Source: Epithemia pelagica
Taxonomy: Eukaryota; Protista; Bacillariophyta
DNA length: 64,000 nucleotides
Reading direction: 5' to 3'
Assembly: GCA_946965045.2 (NCBI GenBank)
Contig: OX337235.1
Location: 1,054,001 to 1,118,000, forward strand
The translations under genes were made by a program, and so were the position numbers. Below, piece by piece: positions 30,965 through 42,722 of the stretch (position 1 is the stretch's first letter; each line of letters starts with the position of its first letter). The notes beneath the pieces are model-generated. The model was not told the DNA's origin. It did no database searches and saw only the letters and a list, made by a program, of their open reading frames with translations.

Positions 30965-32198
30965 TGTGTCTTCGGAGGTACCTCCCTCAACAACATCGAA
31001 AGAGGTGCCTCTTGGATGGAGGAGATAGATGACGATGTTAAGGGAGATTAAAGATCGATTAACATGCGACTAGTCTGTGTTATATATTAATCAGGAATGG
31101 TTATTTTTTATGTTCAGAGGTGGGAGCGGCTCGTCCATTGGCAGCACAGAGCACAAAATGGGATGAAAATTCCAATGAGAGATGTGGCGGTCATACGGAA
31201 ATCGCTGTAACTCATTGAATTCTGGGTAGATTTGTTAACGGAAAAAAGGGTCTAATACTTGAAAAAACAAAGTATCTTGCGTAACAAGCCGATAACAAAT
31301 GTAGCCAGAAATGCGTTCATGGGAAGTGGGTAAAGATGGGCTTTGCGTTGGAACCGAAATTTTGGGTCTTATATTTAACAAGATTGATCCCACTAAAATG
31401 CCTATAGTGACAGACAGGTTTCTGGTGTGACAGAGGGGAAATTGAGGTCGTCCGGCGCGCACTTATTCCAGGGGTGTTGGTATTGGACCCGCGTACCTGC
31501 AACTGGGACTGGATCTCGTTGACGTGTCGTTTTTTTGGCCCTGGTCAAAATACATCCCCCAGCGGAGCTCATCCCTTTTTTATCGTGATCCAGATCGACG
31601 AATTCTGGTCACACACATGCGACTAAAAGACACCCCCCCTCTCGCTGGGGATACAACTACTCCGACCGTAAGAGCTACCAAGGCTTCGTATCGAGCTATC
31701 GATGGTCATCACAAACGATCAAACAAACGAAATGCACATTGTCCTAGGTCTTGGTGATCAAAAGATGGGCGAAGGAAGATCAATCACGCAGATGCCATGA
31801 AGTGAAAAAGTCGCAGAAATGCTGTCTGAGATCTCCATCGAGAACACGTAGTACTACTTAGCCCTAGCGATTTTCCCCAAGTCCTAGTCTTCAAACTTAT
31901 AGTACGAAGTACTAAGCACGCACTGCCAGACTCTACTAATGTGCTTGTTTTTCGCACTTTCCTGTTGCATCTATTCTCTGAGATCCTTCCGGTAATGGAA
32001 GTTCCAGGGTTGGAGTTTCGCAGGAGTAGCTAGTTAGAATTTTTCGCCTCTCATCGATCAAGGAAAGTACATACCAGTCAACTCGTCAACACATGGTCCA
32101 CGAACAAGTAATCATGGCTCATGTTGGACTTTGGGCCATTTCGTCGCTCTCTGAGAAAGTGGGTTGGGATTTGGGATCGGAAGAAGATGTAGACCGAC

Positions 32199-32480
32199 CA
32201 TCTCGTCAACAAGGTTTTACGACCAAGTGACGGCTCGGGTTTGACGTTGGAATGCTCCATCTAGAACCAAGGCAGGTCTTGCAAGAGGCGAGGAATGAAA
32301 AAGCATCAAACTGAAAGCAAGAATGTTAGGAGTAAGCTGATCTACCGCTAGTTTCTCAAGTTTCTCAAATGAACCAATAGTGCACATAGCTACCAGTATG
32401 TCTCTCTTCCCTCTCTCTATGCATGGGGTAGCAAAAATGTACTCTTTATGCCATACACTACTATCGCCGACAACCTTTTG
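32199..32480. repeat. About 280-bp diverged direct repeat, second copy at 36108-36399
   Basis: Shared blocks CATCTCGTCAACA.GGTTTTACGACCAAGTG, GGCAGGTCTTGCAAGAGGCGA.GAATGAAAAAGCATCAAAC and TGCATGGGGTAGCAAAAATGTACTCTTTATGCCATAC. Confidence 0.85.
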
Positions 32481-32703
32481 CACAGACGTTGGGTCGAGAT
32501 TTACAGTTTTGAAAATTTATGAAAGGGAATAGGTAGTCTATTCTTCCAGCTGCCGCGCCTACCCACTAGGGTACGGTCGACCGACTGCCCTGGCGCCATT
32601 ACACTCTCGGAATCATGGAGCGGGGGGACAGCCCGCTTGTGACAAGGGGCCACATAGACGAACCGCTTTTCGGGCCCCACATTTTGAAAATTTCAAATTG
32701 GAT

Positions 32704-34276
32704 AAACAGCAAAGAGTGTGGAGGCTAGTTTAGGTTTTTCTATCCAAAGATTTTGGAGTGTTCTACTTCCCGCTCGCTAACTCGCGCGCCAGCAAGCCAC
32801 TTCGGATGGACTAATCTACATCCACTCGCACCCGGTCGCCGTTATCAACTTCATCGGTGGTCAGGGCATCAACGATAGGGAGCTCCTCTAGGTTGCCGTC
32901 ATCCACAATGAGCACTGGTGGAGTGTCTTTGGGAGTGCTGAATGTAAATCTAGCTTGGAGCCCCCGTCTACGTCGTTCTTGGTAAGACATGGGCGGGATC
33001 GCATCAATGATGCTTTCACTCCTCATGTCTGTGCCCTGGTCCATATCGTCATTTACAGTTGATAGGTTGGTGGGGGAGATTGATGAGGAGGTTGTCCATG
33101 AAAAAACCGAGGACCTTGAGCTTGCCGAGGTAGTCGAAATCGGGCGGCAAAGGAGGACCCTTTCGTCGTCGTCCGACTCATCAGTGCTGGTTGTTTTGTT
33201 GTTCTTGAACCGGTGAAATCTCGGCTTATGGCGACAGGCGCCGTAAACCTTGTTGCACTTGTTGATTGCCAATTTTGGGTTCTTTCGTGTGAATTTCAGT
33301 ATCTCTAGCCTTTCTTTTGCGCAGAGTTTACAGTTCCGTGTACCAAACGTCTTGACTGTGGACAGTGGCTTGCCCTGCCATAGGATGTCAACTTTGAGTT
33401 TGATGTGTTGTTTGATTTCTTTTTTCTCGATACCTCGTGGGACAAAACACGCAAAGTGACTCGCGAAAGAGTCTGATTGTTTGTTTTGGAGTACAAGAGC
33501 CTTGACGTCTTGTACGTGTTGCTGCAAACGTTTCTTTACGTGTTGTTGCGTATTTCCAATGTACTGTTTACCTGTTTGGAGGCAGGTAGCTCTGTAGACA
33601 ACTATCGATCTCCTGCAGCGGCCACTGTACGGGCATGCCTCTCTGTTCCTGCAGTTGCAGTCGAGGTCTTCGAAATCCAGTGAATTGAGGCCGTCTGCTA
33701 GTTTTGAGTTCAAGTCCCCTTGAAAAAGTTCGCGGATGTTATTGAAGCGTTGGTAGGACATAGATATGCGTAGCCACGAAAGGGAGGGGAATTTGGACTT
33801 GATCTCCTTTATCACTTTGTGAATTGGTTTCCTCCAAAAATCGGTGAATCTGATCTTGAAATAGATCGCCCGTTTACGGTCTCGCTCTCGTCTCTTCTTC
33901 AGCGCTTGTGATGCCGTGTCTTCCTTTTCCTTTGCCATTTTTTCTTTAGACTCGCCCAGAGTTGGAACTTGTTCGGGTTTGATGAGTTTGGCATTGTTTA
34001 GGGCTTCGAAGTGGGTAGGATAGAGTTCTGAAAGCTTGCAGTTGGTGTTGTCGTCGTCAAGGGAGGTAAGTTTCGTGAGTCGCTTGAAAACGCCGCTCGG
34101 GATTGCTTTGAAACACCCAGGGGTGTGAGCGCTCCCCTTGTTAAGGTATTTTAACTGCTGGTTTTCTTTCATGTGGACCTTGAAGGAGAGTTTGGAGTTG
34201 GAGTTCCAAAACATAAAATTTATGAGATTCCCGCTATTCCCCTTTTTCTCAACTCTCAAAATACAAAATACTCCAT
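32704..34276 (-). mobile_element. Penelope-like element, RT-truncated, GIY-YIG endonuclease intact (ORF 32811-34259)
   Basis: RT C-terminal remnant LKYLNKGSAHT, then CNC..C...CRRSIVVY...YIGNT...RLQQH (GIY-YIG) and C.LC..E; homologous to 54612-56372. Confidence 0.88.
33141..33192 (-). ncRNA. Candidate minimal hammerhead ribozyme in the Penelope-like element
   Basis: Minus strand reads CUGAUGA-GUCG(GACGA)CGAC-GAAA, a complete core with a 4-bp stem II. Stems I and III are weak. Hammerheads are a known feature of Penelope-like elements. Confidence 0.45.
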
Positions 34277-34487
34277 TCCTCCCCCTCTACATATACCCAA
34301 ACCCAACCTCCATATTTTTGGACCACCTTGTTTTTCCTACCGAGGCAATGGTTTGTTTGTGGAAGGTATAGTGCCAGTCATTTAACTGGCCACTGGCCAC
34401 AGCATTTCGCCGTCCATAGAACCATAGTGTTTTCGTCTCATTTTGGGTTTGTTTGTTTCTTTGAAAAGAGAGAAAGACGAAGGGATC

Positions 34488-34945
34488 ATGTCGGCGACGA
34501 ATCGTGCTGATAAGAATGGAGTCCATCCAGGGCCAGGTTACATTTTTCTTATCTGGTACACCATCTTTGGTGCTACGGGTTTGGAGCGTCCATGTTCCTA
34601 CCCGACTTTGTCGGACTGGTCCACACGGAATGGGCCCATCACATGAAGCTCTACGACGTTTGGTACCGTTGCCTCGGATCGCTTTGGCTTTCCTTGGCTT
34701 TCGCTTCGGTCCTTGCCCTGTACGCTCCGCTTCGTTTCAGCCCCGTTTATGTTTGTCAATTACTTTACAAGAGTATCTGGATCGTCACAACCATTCTGCC
34801 ACGAGCCTTGCAAGTGAACCCTCTTGATTTGGTTTCGGCCTTGATCATGTCCTCGTTTATTGTGATGGACATTATGTTCTTGCCTTGGGATTATATACTC
34901 AATGGGGTCGTCCCTACCGTCGTCGTCAAGAACAAGACCACGTGA
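34488..34945 (+). CDS. Small multi-pass membrane protein with a 1-bp frameshift near 34581
   Basis: Hydrophobic segments in two frames join if one T is restored (YTIFGATG-F-GASMFLPDFV...LYAPLRFSPVYVCQLLYKSIW). Confidence 0.55.
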
Positions 34946-35550
34946 TGATGATGATTTTGATAGTGACAGCGACTACGATCAGCAGCGGAAACCACAAGAA
35001 CGAGAGGACGAGGACGAGGAAATAACATATCACTACACATGGCTGGAAATTAAGTGTCGTTCCTCTATTGGGCCTGTGATTGGCGACTTGAAATATGACC
35101 TCCATTAATAATAATATCTATCTAATATATCAAGATTCAAAAATGGGACCCTTTTTGACGGCAAACGAATGTCATTGCCAAGGCACGACCACACTTGGCG
35201 CCCTGTCTGGACGCCGAAACGGGTCAAGTCCGGAATGACCCAAGTCGCACCAGCACCAATGCCAATGTACCAGAACGAGAAATTCCGGAGTATTGTGTCA
35301 AAGATAAAGCATTGTTTGCTACAATCAAGGAATCAGCATCATTCAAGATATTCCAAAACATTTGGCAATCTTTCAAGTCCTCCGCCACACACAAGGACAG
35401 TATTTCAACCCACACACGGACGGACCGACCACGGCGTGTGGAATTGAACGTTCGGGTCGAATGGTAAAAACGCGACAAGGGTATTCAATTGTGGGAAAGA
35501 CTTGGTTGGGTTGCTTCGCGACGGACTTGTTTCCAGTACGTCATGCTTCC

Positions 35551-36110
35551 TTATTCCTCCAACGTCACCAAACATAAATCGCCAACACGACCAATCTTGC
35601 GTCGGCAAATGGCACAATCGAAAATCTCAAGAAGACACCCAAAGCAATAAACGTGGTTACATCGAGTGGCGAATGGAGTCCGGCACGCACCAAATTCTTC
35701 CATACAAACGGGGCAACTGTCAACCTCACTGCTGGGTTTTGAAACCGTGGGGTTTGCAAGTAGCTTTTCAAGCTGCTCGGCGGGAGGTCCAGTGACGGTA
35801 CATCCGGAGCTCGCTGCTTTATTTAGCCAGAGCACTGCGGAGGAGAGACTTTGCTGGACACCACGGCCCAGAAGGTAGCAATTTCCCAGCTCGCACTGTG
35901 CTTCTACATCTCCTTCTCCTTGGTTGGATGCCAACTGGAAATATTCAACCGCCTTGGTAAGATCCTTTGCAACGCCGTCTCCATCCTGATAGAATCCTCC
36001 ACAAACACGTTGAGCACCTGGAACTCCTGAATCTGCAGACATCTTGCAATATTGAACGCCATGATCACGTCCTTTTCAACACCATTGCCCGAGTAGTAGC
36101 ATTTGCTCAT
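35551..36110 (-). pseudogene. Sel1-repeat plus RING-finger protein, frameshifted near 36055 and apparently 5'-truncated
   Basis: Sel1 repeats (CYYSGNGVEKD, FYQDGDGVAKDLTKAVEYFQLAS, CYLLGRGVQQS) and RING CPVC...CNHVYCFGCL...CAIC. The upstream end runs into the 36108-36399 repeat. Confidence 0.7.
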
Positions 36111-36764
36111 CTCGTCAACATGGTTTTACGACCAAGTGGCGGCTCAGGTTTGACCATCAAGAACCTAGGCAGGTCTTGCAAGAGGCGAAGAATGAAAAAG
36201 CATCAAACAGATAAACAAGAATCCTTTAGTTTCTCAAATTACATCTTACTCCTACGCAGTAACCCATATAGTGCGCATAGCTACCACTTTGTCTCGCTAT
36301 GCACGGTAGGAGTACCCTCCCTCTCTCTTTTTGCATGGGGTAGCAAAAATGTACTCTTTATGCCATACTATCGCCGACAACTATTTGGAGAACCTTTTGT
36401 ATGCGACCACAAGACGTTGGGTCCAGGCGGCCATGACAATGGTATGGGCAACCGCTGCGCCAACAGAACAACTTCCCTTACAACATCACCGTTGAAAGAG
36501 CCTGCATCGAGAAAACGCCGCATCAACGCTCAATTGACACGACCGACATTCTGATCATTGCTTTGTTGCCACACATCTTTTTCCTGTTTGGGCATCAATG
36601 AGAAATTGAGGATCTTAAAGAGCGATAGAGTATCTCAACGCAACAGCCAAATTGCTTTTTAATAGACCGATTCCGTTCTCTGTGTTTGCCTCACATAGGC
36701 AACAAACGAGGATCAGTATCACAAGCAACGAAAATTTGCAACAACTATTTGATCATCAGTCAAT

Positions 36765-37909
36765 ATGGACGAATCGGACGGTGTCCCTCAAAAAGAAATC
36801 TACACATACACGGCGCCATGGACTGTATTTTCCATGGCATGGAGTCGAAGGTACGACTTGGTTTTCTCTCTCAGTTTTGCTCGTTATGCGTGTGAAGAAA
36901 GGCGAAAGGGTTCTCTGACTGATACAACCGATTTCTCGATTTCTTTCACAGACTGGATCCAACTTCACAATTCCGGTTAGCTATTGGATCTTATATAGAG
37001 CAATATTCGAATGGCGTCCAAATAGTTCAAAGTATCAATACAGGCCCTGGAGGGACCCCGACCTTGTACAAGGCAGGGCAGTTGGATCACCCATATCCAT
37101 GCACAAAAATATTGTGGAGTCCTGCCGGAGGCATGGGAGGTGGAAACAAGGACTTGCTGGCAACCACCGGTGACTATTTGCGTTTATGGCAAATGCTCCC
37201 CGATCCAGAACGCCCCAATACTCATGTCTTGCCCAAAAAGGTTTGCTTGCTCAACAATAACAAAACGTCAGAGTACTGCGCTCCGTTGACAAGTTTTGAT
37301 TGGAATGAAACCGATCCAAGTTTGGTGGGGACATCTTCGATTGACACCACCTGTACGATTTGGGATATTGAAGCGCAAACAGCTCGCACACAATTGATTG
37401 CTCACGATCGCGAAGTGTTTGATCTCGCGTTTGCGAGAGGCAAAGACGTGTTTGCATCGGTCGGAGCGGATGGGAGTGTCCGTATGTTTGATTTGCGTAG
37501 TTTGGAGCACTCGACAATTATCTATGAATCTCCCAACCTGGATGCCTTACTGCGCCTGGAATGGAACAAACAAGATCCCAACTACTTGGCCACATTCCGA
37601 GTTGATTCTCGCCGCACGATCATATTGGATATTCGTGTGCCTTCCTTACCGGTGGCGGAATTGGGTGGTCATTTGGGGTGTGTGAATGCGACGGCGTGGG
37701 CACCTCACTCGTCTTGTCATATATGTACAGCTGGAGACGACAGTCAGGCCTTAATTTGGGATCTGAGTCAAATGCCAAAACGGCCTATTGAAGATCCCAT
37801 CTTGGCCTACAATGCAGCAAGAGAAATCAACAATCTTCAATGGTCAGCCGCACAGCCAGATTGGGTGTCCATTTGCTTTCACGACAAACTTCAAATACTG
37901 AGAGTGTAG
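36765..37909 (+). CDS. DCAF7: WD40 protein DCAF7/WDR68/AN11 homolog, intron 36851-36951
   Basis: HPYPCTKILWSP, LLATTGDYLRLW, CAPLTSFDWNE, SSIDTTCTIWD and TQLIAHDREVFD; the GT-AG intron restores the frame. Confidence 0.95.
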
Positions 37910-38275
37910 AGTACAGTAGAAGCCATGAATGAATCCACCTTGCAAATAATCCATATGGTGATAAAGAGATGGAATTTGTATCGGACCATTCGTACACAGT
38001 GTGATCTTCTAGGAGCAAAGTTTGAATTCAGTTCGACTAGGATGAGCGACCTATACCTACGACTATCATCTTCTTCTAGAAACAATGTCACGCTTGGAAG
38101 TTCGTCAGCGGTTCGATCGAAAGATGTTTCGCGTTGAAAGGGAATTTTTGGCCGCAAGGCGTCTTTAGACATACTTCTAGTAGCAATAAAAATGCCTTGC
38201 ATGTTCCTTACTCGAGCATATGGAATCAGTGGCTGCCGGGTATATTTCAATCGCACCTCGAGATGATTTCCTGGA

Positions 38276-40402
38276 CTAGTACAAATCTTCAGGATTCATG
38301 GCATCAACGACGGCATCAGCATCATCATCAGCAATCACCCCTGGTGGGGCTCCTCCAGCCATGATGAGATCATCGTCGTCTTCATCATCATCGTCGTCGT
38401 CATCCATCATCATACGCATACTACTATGATGATCCCCCGATCGACCAGCACCGCTGCGGCCACGTCGGCCTCCACGCCAATAGTCGGGTCCATACGCGGC
38501 CGCGGCCGCCGCGGCACTCAAGACTTGAATATCCGCTTCTTGACAGGCCAACCGTACAATCGTGGCATAGGAATCATCCAATACTTGTTTGGTGACTTGC
38601 GATAATTGCTGTGCTCGTTCGTGGGTTTGAATCATATCGTCATCCACCGAGTCACGATGCAGGGTGTCCGTGACAAGATTCAACCGTGTATTGGCCAAGG
38701 CTTGTTGTTGTTGATACAAGTCATTGTCATCCAACGATTTGCTCGACCAAAGGGCCTCCTCTTCGTTTCGCCGTTTCAATGCGGACGATCGTGATGTCCC
38801 CGTGGCTGTGGCGGTTGTTCCAGCCGAGTGTTGGTGGAGTTGCGACTGTTCTTTCAAAATCATATCCAACCATTCTTGTCGCAAGGCATCGACCGAGGGG
38901 ACCAAACTGGTACCCAAATCTTGCGCCATTACAGCCAGAGGCACTTGTGAATAAGCTCGCCAGTATTGCTGCAAAACCTTGCGTCTCATACCGGCCAACA
39001 ATTGGGGAAGATGAGGTCCCAAAAAAGGATCGACGGCCAATCGAATGGCCAAGGGTGGAACAGCCACACAATTCCAACAGGCTTGGTACTTGGCATGTCC
39101 AAAATCGACCAAACATTGTCGGAGTAAGGGGACCCATTCCAAAGCCGACATGTGATCGGCCAGAGCCGTCATTTCCGCTGTGGTACCATGGCACAAACAC
39201 AAAAAGGCAGCATACATGGCCACATCTTGAGGTGCCACCCAATACGGCAAATTGCGACAACTCGGCGAATGACTTGCCCCGTGAGCTCCAGTACCATCTT
39301 CTCCACTGGTACTGCTACCACTGCTGCTGCCATAGGATGTTGCTGCCGCAAAGGCGGTTTCCATTTCCTCGTGTTGTACCACTTTCATCAAGGCTTGAAG
39401 GGCACGACGGAAATCTCCACACATCATGCGTTCCAAGGCCAAGGCGGTTTGTACTAAAATCAAATCCAATTCGGTACTGGCATGACTACTGGTCAAGAAT
39501 GACGATGTTCCTCCCGATCCCGAACCACCTGCTTGCGCATTCGCGGCTGCTGCCGCCGAAGAGGAAGAATGATGAAGTGTGGATCGGAGGGTATGTTCCA
39601 ATTTGTGAATGTATTCAGCCGCCGCGACCGTGTTCCCAAGAACCAAGGCGAGGGAAACAATTTGCAAACAGATCGATGTGGTTTGGGTGCGGGTGGTACA
39701 ATAATCCTTGGCTCGCAACAAGGCATGAAAGGAAGCAACCCAATCGCCACCACCACTAGTGCTCGACGTGGCCGGACCACCACCCACTTGAGCCAATGCC
39801 AAGTAGGCCGTTCGAATCGATTCTTTGTGCAAATGAGATTGTGCCACTTGCAAGCGATGTTCCAAAACTTCTCGGGATTGACGTGCCAATTCTTCTTGTT
39901 CTTCCACCCATGCAGCATCGTACTCCACTCCGAGGGCCATGCCACCGCGACTGCTGCTGTTAGTTGCTCCCGTTTCCTCGGGAGACTCGGAAATCATCAT
40001 GGGTTCCGATCCCGACGTTTGTTGTTGTGGGCTGGTGACTTCGGGTGCAACCGAATGGTTCGTCGACGCGCTTGTCGTTGTTGGAGGTCCAAACAGTTGT
40101 TTGTATTGCACCACACTGCCTTCGGTTTTGCAGGTATCGGAAATGGCTTGTTGTGCTTGACGAATCACAGTTTGAATTACCATGGAGGGTTCTGAGGATG
40201 GCGTCGCTAAACCCGTGGCTTGTGCGGTGGTGGCAGCAGCAGCAGCAGCACCCACGACGGTTTGACAAAAGTATTGCAACCGCTGAATCCGGGCTGGACC
40301 GGAAGGATATCGAGTCAAAATGGAATCCAACGCATCTTGAACACTTGCTTCCATGTCCACCAATGACACTGATGCTACGGTGGATCCTTGGGACGTCGTC
40401 AT
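38276..40402 (-). CDS. CSN1: COP9 signalosome subunit 1 (GPS1/CSN1)
   Basis: HLHKESIRTAY...LRAKDYCT motif and C-terminal PCI-like region (DPFLGPHL..L...MR.K.L.QY..AYSQV.L..MA). Confidence 0.85.
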   Translation of the reverse strand: MTTSQGSTVASVSLVDMEASVQDALDSILTRYPSGPARIQRLQYFCQTVVGAAAAAATTAQATGLATPSSEPSMVIQTVIRQAQQAISDTCKTEGSVVQYKQLFGPPTTTSASTNHSVAPEVTSPQQQTSGSEPMMISESPEETGATNSSSRGGMALGVEYDAAWVEEQEELARQSREVLEHRLQVAQSHLHKESIRTAYLALAQVGGGPATSSTSGGGDWVASFHALLRAKDYCTTRTQTTSICLQIVSLALVLGNTVAAAEYIHKLEHTLRSTLHHSSSSAAAAANAQAGGSGSGGTSSFLTSSHASTELDLILVQTALALERMMCGDFRRALQALMKVVQHEEMETAFAAATSYGSSSGSSTSGEDGTGAHGASHSPSCRNLPYWVAPQDVAMYAAFLCLCHGTTAEMTALADHMSALEWVPLLRQCLVDFGHAKYQACWNCVAVPPLAIRLAVDPFLGPHLPQLLAGMRRKVLQQYWRAYSQVPLAVMAQDLGTSLVPSVDALRQEWLDMILKEQSQLHQHSAGTTATATGTSRSSALKRRNEEEALWSSKSLDDNDLYQQQQALANTRLNLVTDTLHRDSVDDDMIQTHERAQQLSQVTKQVLDDSYATIVRLACQEADIQVLSAAAAAAAYGPDYWRGGRRGRSGAGRSGDHHSSMRMMMDDDDDDDEDDDDLIMAGGAPPGVIADDDADAVVDAMNPEDLY

Positions 40403-40851
40403 TGTGATATGTAGAGGGGGTCTCTCTTCTTTTTGGGAGTCGCGACGGAAGCAATTCTACAATCCGAGATGGAGCACCATTGATCAATCCTGATCCTTGT
40501 ATTATTTTTTGTGGATCTTTTCCGTTTCCTTCCCGTTTTCCCAAAAGACTACTTTTTCAGTGATACTAAAGTTTGAGACAGAAAAGTTTTTGCAGAACCA
40601 AAAACTGCCACGGTATTCGAATATCTACCCTTTCGAAAGCGTGACACCTACTCCTAGCTGCTCACGAAAGGAAGAAATCGTGAGAACAAAATTTCGTTTT
40701 CGTAAGTTCTAGAGATGCACGGCATAGTACAGAGTGCAGATTGCTCATGAGCAAACAAAGATATGAGTCATGATGATGTATGTGCTGTGCTGGCCGGCTA
40801 ACGTTTGCTTTCCTTTTTGCCATGATATCGTGCTTTGCTCGTCGTTGTTTC

Positions 40852-42722
40852 TTAGGAGGAGGAATATTCCTTCTTGCCCTTTTTCCCAGACTTGTCCTTC
40901 TTTTCAAGGGATGCGAGAATCAAATCGGCCGCATGGTATCCAATCAACATGCTGGGTGCAGCCGGATTCCCATTTTGAATGCGCGGCATGATACTTGAAT
41001 CCACAACACGAAGTCCCCGAATTCCATAGACTTGCAAGTGCCGATTGACCACGCCGTACTGGGATCGGGGTGCCATTTGACAAGTGCCGGCTGGATGATA
41101 CTGTCCCATGGCAAAAAGTCGCACATAGTCGGCCAGTTCCTCGTCGGTTTGGTAGGAGGCACTCAAGTCAATTTCCTGCAGGATATAGGGACGACTGGCC
41201 GCCACGGCCCGCATCTTTCGGACACCTTCTACCATGCGATCCACGTCCACGGATTCCGACAAAAAGTTGGCCTCGACAGTGGGATAGAGAGAGTCGGGAT
41301 TGAACCGTAAGGTCCCTGTGGATTTCGGTTGCGTCAACATGGTCCACAAATTGGCCGTGTCTCCAGTATCCACCAATTGTTCCAAAATGTGGGGAAGATT
41401 CAGGTAATGAGCAAATCCAGCATAGTAACTAAAGGCTGTTTGCATATCCGGTGCATCGCAGTAATCATTGTCCTTCTTCTTCTTTTTCTGATTTCTGTAC
41501 GACGACGAAGCAGAGCAGTGTTGCGAATACCAGTTACCGATAAAATCCCCGCCATTGCTCGTGAGAGGTGGATTCAGGACAACGTCACTAAAGCCTTGCT
41601 TCAGGGTGACGACCAAGTGCAAGAACAAATGATTTTGATAATTTTTCCCCACACCTGGTAAATTTTGGACGACAGGGACCCCATGCGGTAGGAGCTGATC
41701 ACTGGGTCCAATGCCACTTTTCATGAGCAAATGGGGAGTAATGTACGGACCGGCACTAAGAATGACTTCTCCTCCCGAAACGATCTCTAGCGTTTGCGTT
41801 GTACTCGTTGGATCGGTAAGGTCGACATACTCGACACCGACGGCGCGTTTTCCCTCCAACAAGACTTTGGTCACTTGATGTTCGAGCAAAATGGCCAAAT
41901 TGTCCAAACCTTGTACTTGAGGGGGAAAGAAATTGCGTGGAACAGAACTGCGCAGTCCATCCTTGATAGATTTGTCGTAAAAGCCAACAAGGCTTGTGTC
42001 GCCATTGGCAATGTTTTTGCCACCCTCAGGGGGTGGACCCCACCCTAGTACTTGACGATAGGCCTCGAGGACTTGAAAGGCTTCGGGTGCCGCTGTGAGC
42101 TCTGAATCTTCAAAAGGACCAATAATCTCCTCCAACTCATCGTACTTTTGCCAGACATGGTTCCAACCCCAGGCGTCAAAGATATTGGCATTGCCACGAT
42201 TGTACACCATGGCATTTCCAGCCGATCCACCTCCAAAGAGCTTAAAGGCCATTTGCCACTCACTGCTGGCGGAATTGGGGGCACTACACTACTCGTAAAC
42301 TCGGTCGTTTCCCATTGACGGTCGTACTGTTTGTCAAAGGCCTCGTCGAGCCACACGGTTTCTGCAATGGTGGGATCAATTTGCGGCTGTGCGACCCAAT
42401 GAAAGGTGGGAATACTCAAGTTGGCGTTGAATCCAAACTGTGGAACGGGTATAATCTCCTTGTCCAGTCCCCGTTCCAAAAGAACGACGCATCGTTTGCC
42501 TTCATTGGCCAATCGACTGGCCAATATGCCACCCGCACACCCACCTCCCACCACGATAAACTCGGGCTCGCATGTCAGCTCCTCCAAAGATGTCACAGCC
42601 GCCGATCTCGACCAGAGAAGACTGAACGAAAGCAAACCAGGCAAGAGCTTTGGAGTGGACAGTGTCACCATGGTGGTGGTTCTTAAAGAGAGGCAACTGT
42701 CAACGAGATCATCAGTTGTCAA
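40852..42722 (-). CDS. Secreted GMC oxidoreductase, intron 42263-42327 (alternative acceptor 3 nt earlier also in frame)
   Basis: VVGGGCAG..LLERG FAD motif, GGGSAGNAMVYNRG, GVGKNYQNH, YHPAGTC and LRVVDSSIMP...GNP. A GTACG...CAG intron of 65 nt joins the two ORFs in frame. Confidence 0.92.

Larger units (their letters stand above)
25272..31485. mobile_element. 6.2-kb two-gene DNA transposon with 18-bp perfect TIRs and a RAG1/Transib-like transposase
   Basis: CAATACCAACACCCCTGG at 25272-25289 and its reverse complement at 31468-31485 bracket two convergent ORFs. No clear TSD (flanks GAAGTGGG and GACCCGCG). Confidence 0.8.

Noticed and set aside
25264-31493. Target-site duplication and RSS-like heptamer for the TIR element
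   Set aside because: The flanks (GAAGTGGG, GACCCGCG) share no direct repeat beyond one G, and the termini do not start with CAC.
42241-42263. Frameshift or 23-nt micro-intron in the GMC gene
   Set aside because: An ordinary 65-nt GTACG...CAG intron (42263-42327) restores the frame and keeps the FKLFGGGS motif.
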